Positions 1 through 5,662 of a stretch of DNA of 6,794 nt are shown one piece after another. The position numbers and the translations under genes are program-made. Below the pieces are notes generated by a model. The model was given only the letters and a program-made list of their open reading frames with translations, was not told the DNA's origin and searched no databases. The stretch is from a virus (lineage: Duplodnaviria > Heunggongvirae > Uroviricota > Caudoviricetes): IMG/VR virus record IMGVR_UViG_2713897190_000004, one strand, 5' to 3'. Position 1 is the stretch's first letter, and the number at the start of each line of letters is the position of its first letter.

Positions 1-300
1 TGTTCTTCGAAGGCTGTTGGGGTACTGGCCGGGATATTTATCCTGTAGCATCTCCAGCAGAGTTGTTGGTGTCAGAGCCGGCCTCTCTTTCAACAGAGGA
101 ACAAGCATGCTGTCCCACACAGCTTCCAGAGGATCTTTGCGTGTGCGCCAGTGCCGAACACTGTTTTTTGCCCACTCTCCTTTTTCGATCCGACGACCAG
201 AACGGACTGAGATACCAGCCTTCATGGCCGAGATATGCTGAGTTATACCTTTCTTACGCTGAGTCATATAGTAACTGACCTGAGAAGTATTGAGCGTCAC
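1..300 (-). CDS. Transposase-like protein, N-terminal HTH part only; gene continues beyond the left window edge. Architecture resembles IS21-family IstA, but the IS family cannot be assigned.
   Basis: Minus-strand frame is open from position 1 up to a stop at 337..339. Candidate starts are ATG (rc of 265..267) or an upstream in-frame GTG (rc of 298..300) preceded by AGGA (rc of 307..310) at 6-nt spacing. Translation from the ATG is MTQRKKGITQHISAMKAGISVRSGRRIEKGEWAKNSVRHW..., a basic helix-turn-helix-like N-terminus typical of IS transposases. The supplied ORF track omits it because it runs off the window. Confidence 0.4.
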   Translation of the reverse strand, partial: MTLNTSQVSYYMTQRKKGITQHISAMKAGISVRSGRRIEKGEWAKNSVRHWRTRKDPLEAVWDSMLVPLLKERPALTPTTLLEMLQDKYPGQYPNSLRRT

Positions 301-385
301 GCCATTTCCTGTTGGATCATGTAAATGACACTCAGGTTACAAAACCGGCCAGAATAATCGGCGCCAGGCGGACTGAGTTATTGTC

Positions 386-596
386 GTCTCATACTCCGGT
401 TAACGATGAAACCATGCAGGAGATTAACACTCTGCTGATCGCCCTGGATAAAACATGGGATGACGACTTATTGCCGCTCTGTTCCCAGATATTTCGCCGC
501 GACATTCGCGCATCGTCAGAACTGACACAGGCCGAAGCAGTGAAAGCTCTTGGATTCCTGAAACAGAAAGCCACTGAGCAGAAGGTGGCAGCATGA
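386..596 (+). pseudogene. bet: 3' fragment of bet (Red-beta single-strand annealing protein); the N-terminal roughly 190 codons are missing.
   Basis: The translation ...[67 protein letters not shown] matches the C-terminus of lambda Bet as I recall it. Its stop overlaps the exo start (ATGA at 593..596), as in lambda. The same frame has a stop at 291..293, and residues encoded by 294..385 do not resemble Bet, so the gene is truncated or replaced at about 380..390. Confidence 0.75.
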
Positions 597-1273
597 CACC
601 GGACATTATCCTGCAGCGTACCGGGATCGACGTGAGAGCTGTCGAACAGGGGGATGATGCATGGCACAAATTACGGCTCGGCGTCATCACCGCTTCAGAA
701 GTTCACAACGTGATAGCAAAACCCCGCTCCGGAAAGAAATGGCCTGACATGAAAATGTCCTACTTCCACACCCTGCTTGCTGAGGTTTGCACCGGTGTGG
801 CTCCGGAAGTTAACGCTAAGGCGCTGGCTTGGGGAAAACAGTACGAGAACGACGCCAGAGCCCTGTTTGAGTTTACTTCCGGCGTGAATGTTACTGAATC
901 CCCGATCATCTATCGCGACGAAAGTATGCGCACCGCCTGCTCTCCCGATGGTTTATGCAGTGACGGCAACGGCCTTGAGCTGAAATGCCCGTTTACCTCC
1001 CGGGATTTCATGAAGTTCCGGCTCGGTGGTTTCGAGGCCATAAAATCGGCTTACATGGCCCAGGTGCAGTACAGCATGTGGGTGACGCGAAAAGATGCCT
1101 GGTACTTTGCCAACTATGACCCGCGTATGAAGCGTGAAGGACTGCATTATGTCGTGGTTGAGCGGGATGAAAAGTACATGGCGAGTTTTGACGAGATGGT
1201 GCCGGAGTTCATCGAAAAAATGGACGAGGCACTGGCTGAAATTAGTTTTGTATTTGGGGAGCAATGGCGATGA
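593..1273 (+). CDS. exo: Lambda exonuclease (Red-alpha, 5'-3' dsDNA exonuclease), full length, 226 aa.
   Basis: 226-aa [57 protein letters not shown]..., which is near-identical to lambda Exo as I recall it. SD-like AAGGTGG lies upstream, and the start overlaps the stop of the bet fragment. Confidence 0.95.
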   Translation: MTPDIILQRTGIDVRAVEQGDDAWHKLRLGVITASEVHNVIAKPRSGKKWPDMKMSYFHTLLAEVCTGVAPEVNAKALAWGKQYENDARALFEFTSGVNVTESPIIYRDESMRTACSPDGLCSDGNGLELKCPFTSRDFMKFRLGGFEAIKSAYMAQVQYSMWVTRKDAWYFANYDPRMKREGLHYVVVERDEKYMASFDEMVPEFIEKMDEALAEISFVFGEQWR

Positions 1274-1452
1274 CGCATCCTCACGATAATATCCGGGTAG
1301 GCGCGATCACTTTCGTCTACTCCGTTACAAAGCGAGGCTGGGTATTTCCCGGCCTTTCTGTTATCAGAAATCCACTGAAAGCACAGCGGCTGGCTGAGAA
1401 GATAAATAATAAACGGGAGGCGGTATGCACAAAGCATCTCCTGTTGAGTTAA
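1264..1452 (+). CDS. Small hypothetical protein of the lambda pL operon, orf60a-like.
   Basis: 62-aa ORF immediately after exo, with its ATG overlapping the exo stop region. Position and size match lambda orf60a. Function unknown. Confidence 0.7.
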   Translation: MAMTHPHDNIRVGAITFVYSVTKRGWVFPGLSVIRNPLKAQRLAEKINNKREAVCTKHLLLS

Positions 1453-1616
1453 GAACGAGTATTGAGATGGCACATAGCCTTGCTCAAATTGGAGTCAGGT
1501 TTGTGCCAATACCAGTAGAAACAGACGAAGAATTTCATACGTTAGCCACATCCCTTTCACAAAAGCTGGAAATGATGGTGGCGAAAGCAGAAGCAGATGA
1601 GAGAGACCAGGTATGA
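1425..1616 (+). CDS. Small hypothetical protein of the lambda pL operon, orf63-like.
   Basis: 63-aa ORF overlapping the previous gene by 28 nt, as the lambda orf60a/orf63 pair does. GGGAGG lies upstream of the ATG. Confidence 0.7.
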   Translation: MHKASPVELRTSIEMAHSLAQIGVRFVPIPVETDEEFHTLATSLSQKLEMMVAKAEADERDQV

Positions 1617-1626
1617 CAACCACTGA

Positions 1627-1908
1627 ATGCATTTTTCTGGCAGCGGGCTTCATATTCTGTGTGCTTATGCTTGCCGACATGGGGCTTGTTCAGTGACACC
1701 TCAGCAAGAAAACGCCCTTCGCAGCATTGCCCGTCAGGCTAATTCTGAAATCAAAAAAGCCAGACAGCAGTTTCCGGATAAAAACGTCGATGACATTTGC
1801 CGTAGCGTACTAAAGAAGCACCGCGAAACGGTAACGCTGATGGGATTCACACCGACTCATTTAAGCCTGGCGATCGGCATGTTAAACGGCGTCTTTAAGG
1901 AACGGTGA
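1627..1908 (+). CDS. Hypothetical protein in the orf61 position; start uncertain (ATG 1627 or GTG 1693).
   Basis: ORF open 1627..1908. An in-frame GTG at 1693 would give a 71-aa product, VTPQQENALRSIARQANSEIKKARQQFPDKNVDD.... Ends 3 nt before a possible small ORF at 1911. Confidence 0.55.
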   Translation: MHFSGSGLHILCAYACRHGACSVTPQQENALRSIARQANSEIKKARQQFPDKNVDDICRSVLKKHRETVTLMGFTPTHLSLAIGMLNGVFKER

Positions 1909-2006
1909 ACATGAAAAGCAAAATCATCAGGGAGCTACAGGCTCCTTTTTTATTATTCGCATTCACCCTCAAGCGTATTAACCAACAATTCAGGGATTAA
2001 TGAAAG

Positions 2007-2228
2007 ATGGCGGACATCATTGATTCAGCATCAGAAATTGAAGAATTACAGCGCAATACAGCAATAAAAATGCGTCGTCTGAACTACCAGACTATATCCG
2101 CCACTCATTGTTGTGAGTGTGGCGATCCCATAGATGAACGAAGACGCCTGGTCGTTCAGGGTTGTCGGACTTGTGCAAGTTGCCAGGAGGATCTGGAGCT
2201 TATCAGTAAACAGAGAGGTTCGAAGTGA
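2007..2228 (+). CDS. TraR/DksA-family C4 zinc-finger protein (lambda orf73-like); likely binds the RNA polymerase secondary channel.
   Basis: 73-aa ORF with the motif CCECGDPIDERRRLVVQGCRTCASC (CxxC-17-CxxC), the pattern seen in F-plasmid TraR and the DksA C-terminus. An SD-like AGGGA lies upstream. Confidence 0.85.
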   Translation: MADIIDSASEIEELQRNTAIKMRRLNYQTISATHCCECGDPIDERRRLVVQGCRTCASCQEDLELISKQRGSK

Positions 2229-2989
2229 GCGAAATTAACTATCAGGCACTGCGTGAAGCGGCAGAAAAAGCAACGTGTGGTGAGTGGTCGCTCGAATATG
2301 GAGAGAGCCGATTTGATGGTGATTATGCGCTAATTCATCGTGAAGTTGCTGGATATATTCCCATTTGCAGAATTGAAGGAGCGCATCCAGAAAGCGGTTT
2401 CGATGAAGATTTCCAAATGGAACAGCAGGCCAATGCTGAATTCATCGCCGCAGCCAATCCGGCTACTGTGCTGGCACTGCTGGATGAACGGGAAAGAAAC
2501 CAGCAATACATAAAACGCCGCGACCAGGAGAACGAGGATATTGCTCTTACTGTTGGGAAGCTGAGAGTTGAGCTTGAGGAGACAAAATCAAAACTCAACG
2601 AGCAGCGTGAGTATTACGAAGGTGTTATCTCGGATGGGGGTAAGCGTATTGCTGAACTGGAGAAAAGCGAAGAGCAACTCATTAACGAGCGTGACCATGC
2701 TGAATCTGCTTTAGCAGATATGTACTTTGCAGCAACCGGGGATGAGCCGGAGTGGAGCAACTGGTTCGGCTTTTCAGATGCTGTCGATGCCGTGGTTGAC
2801 AGAATTGCTGATTTAGAAGCTAAACAGCCATCACCAGTAGTACCGGAAGGACTGGTTAAAGCAGTGCGCTTCTATGAACAGGTTAAGCGTGAAAATCCAC
2901 CAGTCGAAACAGAGGCATGGAAAGACGCTATTGACTGGGTGCTCAAAGAGTCTTGTCAGGCTGTAAACATTGATACCAATGGAGATTGA
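2225..2989 (+). CDS. ea22: Ea22-like protein, 254 aa, with a coiled-coil-prone central region.
   Basis: GTG start overlaps the stop of the TraR-like gene (GTGA at 2225..2228), with GAGGT 6 nt upstream. The N-terminus MSEINYQALREAAE... and the central block LLDERERNQQYIKRRDQENEDIALTVGKLRVELEE..KSKLNEQREYYEGVISDG match lambda Ea22 as I recall it; the rest diverges. Confidence 0.75.
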   Translation: MSEINYQALREAAEKATCGEWSLEYGESRFDGDYALIHREVAGYIPICRIEGAHPESGFDEDFQMEQQANAEFIAAANPATVLALLDERERNQQYIKRRDQENEDIALTVGKLRVELEETKSKLNEQREYYEGVISDGGKRIAELEKSEEQLINERDHAESALADMYFAATGDEPEWSNWFGFSDAVDAVVDRIADLEAKQPSPVVPEGLVKAVRFYEQVKRENPPVETEAWKDAIDWVLKESCQAVNIDTNGD

Positions 2990-2990
2990 T

Positions 2991-3245
2991 ATGAGCACTT
3001 TTACCGACAAAGAACTGATTAAAGAAATCAAAGAGCGTATCAGCAGTTTGGATGTGCGAGACAATGTTGAGCGCCGGGCTTATGAAATTGCTCTGGCATC
3101 GCTGGAAGAGAATCCGGTGGCATGGCTGCATTCAGACAATGGCTTAGGTATTCCGGCAATAACGAGGAGTAAAAACATTGCTGACAGTTGGTTATCAAAG
3201 GGTTGGTATGTTCAGCCGCTATATATGCCAAGCCAGTGCCAGTAG
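2991..3245 (+). CDS. Hypothetical protein, 84 aa as read; probably the N-terminal piece of a frameshifted paralog of the 4004..4744 gene.
   Basis: ATG at 2991 with GGAG 6 nt upstream, 1 nt after the ea22-like stop. Its N-terminus MSTFTDKELIKEIKERISSL...RRAYEIALASLEENP parallels the N-terminus of the 4004 product (MTTITKERIELFIKNPL...MELARIALASLEREQ). Confidence 0.55.
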   Translation: MSTFTDKELIKEIKERISSLDVRDNVERRAYEIALASLEENPVAWLHSDNGLGIPAITRSKNIADSWLSKGWYVQPLYMPSQCQ

Positions 3246-3262
3246 TACCTGAAGAAAAACCA

Positions 3263-3796
3263 ATGCCTAACCCTCTTAGCATGTACGCGGTCGATGCTGT
3301 TGCCGCTATTGCAGAGGTGAGAGGCTGGAACGCCTGCCGCGCGGCTATGCTTCATGCCGGAAACTTTCGGGAAAACGCGAATTCGTCAACCAATAATTTT
3401 CGGGAAATTTCGGAAACGTCAACCAACTCTCCGGTAATTCCTGGTGAGGTGTTGTCCGCAATCCTGAAATTTGCCAGAGTTCGTGCTGATTTCGATGATT
3501 TTGACGGCGACAGGCGAGGTATCGGTGATTGTCTGGATGAGGCTGAGCAAGAGCTTATCGTTACCATTAACAAATATGCCAGTCAGTTGGCAGCAGAACC
3601 GATAGCGACTAATGACGTTCGAGAGCAGCAGACAGCCGTTCCGCCAGTTCCTGTAATACAGGCTGATGTCGCGCAAGCAATTGAAAATCTCAGGCAGAAG
3701 TTAGTGGAATGCAATCGCTATAACTACTGCGCAGATGCAGTTAAGGGCGTAGAGGATGCCTGCCACGCTGCCATGCTTCAGGGAAAAAGAGAGTGA
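3263..3796 (+). CDS. Hypothetical protein; probably the C-terminal piece of the same frameshifted gene. Start uncertain (frame open from 3185; ATG at 3263 or 3281).
   Basis: ORF in the frame of 3188..3796. No convincing SD precedes any candidate start, unlike every other gene in the operon. Contains NSPVIP, encoded by an 18-bp stretch identical to one in the 4004..4744 gene. Stop at 3794..3796 lies 1 nt before the next start. Confidence 0.5.
   Translation: MPNPLSMYAVDAVAAIAEVRGWNACRAAMLHAGNFRENANSSTNNFREISETSTNSPVIPGEVLSAILKFARVRADFDDFDGDRRGIGDCLDEAEQELIVTINKYASQLAAEPIATNDVREQQTAVPPVPVIQADVAQAIENLRQKLVECNRYNYCADAVKGVEDACHAAMLQGKRE
3362..3427 (+). repeat. Imperfect 33-bp (11-codon) tandem duplication inside the 3263..3796 coding region.
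   Basis: Two adjacent units, aactttcgggaaaacgcgaattcgtcaaccaat and aattttcgggaaatttcggaaacgtcaaccaac, encoding NFRENANSSTN and NFREISETSTN in frame. Confidence 0.6.
3424..3441 (+). repeat. 18-bp exact direct repeat (copy 1), caactctccggtaattcc, encoding NSPVIP.
   Basis: Identical 18-mer found again at 4411..4428 inside the paralogous gene. Confidence 0.8.
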
Positions 3797-3797
3797 T

Positions 3798-4007
3798 ATG
3801 GCTATTGCCGCAAGTTACACCATGCATCTCTATTGTGATTGTCGCCAGTGTACGGAAGGTGTATATCCAGTGCCAGACTTCGGTGAGTATATCGGTACGT
3901 CATGGTCTGGTTGTGCAAAAGAGGCCCGTAAAGACGGGTGGCGAATAAGCAAAGACAAAACACGTACTTTTGCGCCCGGGCATAAAGTTTTGAGGATTAA
4001 CACATGA
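3798..4007 (+). CDS. Small cysteine-rich protein, 69 aa, possible Zn-binding; function unknown.
   Basis: ATG at 3798 with AGAGAG upstream. Translation MAIAASYTMHLYCDCRQCTEGVYPVPDFGEYIGTSWSGCAKEARKDGWRISKDKTRTFAPGHKVLRINT has a C-x-C-x2-C cluster plus a distal Cys and His. Its stop overlaps the next start (ATGA at 4004..4007). Confidence 0.6.
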   Translation: MAIAASYTMHLYCDCRQCTEGVYPVPDFGEYIGTSWSGCAKEARKDGWRISKDKTRTFAPGHKVLRINT

Positions 4008-4744
4008 CCACTATTACCAAAGAACGTATTGAATTGTTCATTAAAAATCCGCTTGAAAACGGGCTTACTCGTGGCGAACAAATGGAACTAGCACGAATTG
4101 CACTGGCATCACTGGAACGCGAACAGATTCGCCACGAGCATGCCAAATGGTCTGACTCCACATTTGGCTGCGTTGGCCCCATTGGTCCACTGAAACACCT
4201 CTCAAAAGAGGCACTGGAAGCCGCAGCCGAACCAGACGATCTTAGCGAGTGGGCTGATATGCAGTTTCTGTTGTGGGATGCACAGCGCCGTGCTGGCATC
4301 AGCGATGCTGAAATTACCGTTGCTATGGAAGATAAATTGAAGATCAACATGGAGCGCCAGTGGCCTGAGCCAAAAGATGGTGAGCCTCGCTTGCACATTA
4401 AAGAACCCGGCAACTCTCCGGTAATTCCGGATGGTTTATCCACGGTATGCGCTGAGGCTTATCAGGTTGTAGGAGTTATGGCAGATGCGCTTGGTGTATT
4501 CGGTGATGCAGCAGTACAGAAAGTTCTGGATAACCTGTCACAGCAAAAACTTGTTCACAGAGATGTGCTGCCGTTCTCGCTTCCGGTAACTCCGGATGGT
4601 TGGGTTATGGTTCCTAAACAGGTAACGCCGGAAATCAGCAACGCGATAAACGTTGTGGGTCAACGCTGTACATGCGGAAATTGCTCTCAGCGGTTGTGGG
4701 ATTTATTACTCGACGCCACACAGCAAGGAGTTAACCGTGGCTAA
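4004..4744 (+). CDS. Hypothetical protein, 246 aa; intact paralog of the 2991..3796 locus.
   Basis: ATG at 4004 with GAGGA 7 nt upstream. Shares the IALASLE N-terminal motif and the NSPVIP motif with the upstream locus. C-terminus contains CTCGNC. Confidence 0.75.
   Translation: MTTITKERIELFIKNPLENGLTRGEQMELARIALASLEREQIRHEHAKWSDSTFGCVGPIGPLKHLSKEALEAAAEPDDLSEWADMQFLLWDAQRRAGISDAEITVAMEDKLKINMERQWPEPKDGEPRLHIKEPGNSPVIPDGLSTVCAEAYQVVGVMADALGVFGDAAVQKVLDNLSQQKLVHRDVLPFSLPVTPDGWVMVPKQVTPEISNAINVVGQRCTCGNCSQRLWDLLLDATQQGVNRG
4411..4428 (+). repeat. 18-bp exact direct repeat (copy 2), caactctccggtaattcc, encoding NSPVIP.
   Basis: Identical to 3424..3441. Flanking bases differ on both sides. Confidence 0.8.
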
Positions 4745-5021
4745 CCTGCAACTTGCCGTTAAAGGTGAATACTTCGATGCCATGATTCGCGGAGAGAAAA
4801 CGGAAGAGTATCGCCTGTGTAATGACTACTGGAAAAAGCGCCTCGTTAACCGTAAGCATGACCGCCTGATTATCACAAAGGGATATCCGAAGCGCGACGA
4901 TTCCAGCCGCAGAGTTGATGTTCCGTATGACGGATATGAAGTGAAGACAATCACACATCCGCACTTCGGTGATAAACCGGTAAAGGTATACGCGATAAAG
5001 GTAAATATCGGCACTGAATAA
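4737..5021 (+). CDS. ASCH/PUA-like domain protein (putative), 94 aa from the GTG start.
   Basis: GTG at 4737 preceded by AAGGAG (4725..4730) at 6-nt spacing, overlapping the stop of the previous gene. The N-terminal LAVKGEYFDAMIRGEKTEEYR resembles the G-x-K-T-x-E-x-R signature of ASCH-domain proteins (for example E. coli YqfB), from memory. Confidence 0.6.
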   Translation: MANLQLAVKGEYFDAMIRGEKTEEYRLCNDYWKKRLVNRKHDRLIITKGYPKRDDSSRRVDVPYDGYEVKTITHPHFGDKPVKVYAIKVNIGTE

Positions 5022-5046
5022 CAATCCGCACAACACAAGGTCAAGA

Positions 5047-5286
5047 ATGTTCAGAGTGATTTACCCTAACACCTGGTACGTCGACCACCACGGCACTCCC
5101 TGCAAAATCCTGCGTTCCACTCACAACAAAGTTCACTACATCCGAAAAGGCAGAACATGTATCGCCAGCATGTTCCGCTTTAATCATGACTTTGAACCTG
5201 TGAATAAAGCTGACGCAGATCGGATAGCTGAAGAGATCGAAACAGCAGAACACATTAAGAAGTTACGTGCCATACGCAGGAAATAG
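5047..5286 (+). CDS. Hypothetical protein, 79 aa, basic C-terminus.
   Basis: ATG at 5047 with AAGG 6 nt upstream. Last gene before the AT-rich spacer that precedes xis. No recognisable motif. Confidence 0.55.
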   Translation: MFRVIYPNTWYVDHHGTPCKILRSTHNKVHYIRKGRTCIASMFRFNHDFEPVNKADADRIAEEIETAEHIKKLRAIRRK

Positions 5287-5425
5287 AAAAATTGATAAAT
5301 TCAATACTGCATTTCTCAGCATTAAATTTATCTCTATGACCAGTCAAGAGATGTACCTGCCATGAGCTTAATATCATGTCAGATATATCGGTCACAAACT
5401 CCCTCAGCAGCTAAGAGGAGGACAA

Positions 5426-5662
5426 ATGTCTCGACTAATCACTTTACAGGACTGGGCTAAAGAAGAATTTGGGGACTTAGCACCAAGTGAGCGAGTTCTG
5501 AAAAAATACGCGCAAGGGAAAATGATGGCCCCACCCGCTATAAAAGTTGGTCGCTACTGGATGATTGACCGAAATTCCCGTTTTGTAGGAACGCTTGCAG
5601 AACCGCAACTCCCAATAAACGCAAACCCAAAACTCCAACGGATAATCGCTGATGGCTGCTAG
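5426..5662 (+). CDS. xis: Excisionase (lambda Xis-family winged-helix recombination directionality factor).
   Basis: 78-aa ORF with a strong SD (TAAGAGGAGG) upstream. Sequence ITLQDWAKEE...APPAIKVGRYWMI parallels lambda Xis (LTLQEWNARQ...FPPPVKDGREYLF). The 3' end overlaps the int start by 11 nt. Confidence 0.85.
   Translation: MSRLITLQDWAKEEFGDLAPSERVLKKYAQGKMMAPPAIKVGRYWMIDRNSRFVGTLAEPQLPINANPKLQRIIADGC

Noticed and set aside
17-278. Plus-strand ORFs 17..241 and 63..278.
   Set aside because: They are antisense to the transposase-like minus-strand ORF, have no SD, and give low-complexity Ser/Arg-rich translations. Likely spurious.
312-596. ORF-track call of a 94-aa protein starting at TTG 312.
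   Set aside because: Only the last roughly 70 residues resemble Bet and the upstream part is unrelated, so this is a truncated bet remnant, not a gene that starts at 312.
3185-3242. Programmed -1 ribosomal frameshift joining the 2991 and 3188 frames.
   Set aside because: No canonical X-XXY-YYZ slippery heptamer and no obvious downstream pseudoknot or hairpin in the dual-open interval. A (TA)n indel fits better. Not fully excluded.
2991-5286. Calling the accessory cassette a specific known defense or toxin-antitoxin system.
   Set aside because: No nuclease, ATPase, kinase, toxin-fold or other diagnostic motif could be recognised by eye. Only position and gene packing support a defense or anti-defense role, so it is reported as a hypothesis, not a call.
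5287-5662. cII-dependent pI-like promoter (TTGC-N6-TTGC) for int expression within or before xis.
   Set aside because: Only a TTGC-N6-GCAA inverted arrangement was found (around 5595..5610), not the direct-repeat cII box, so no call was made.
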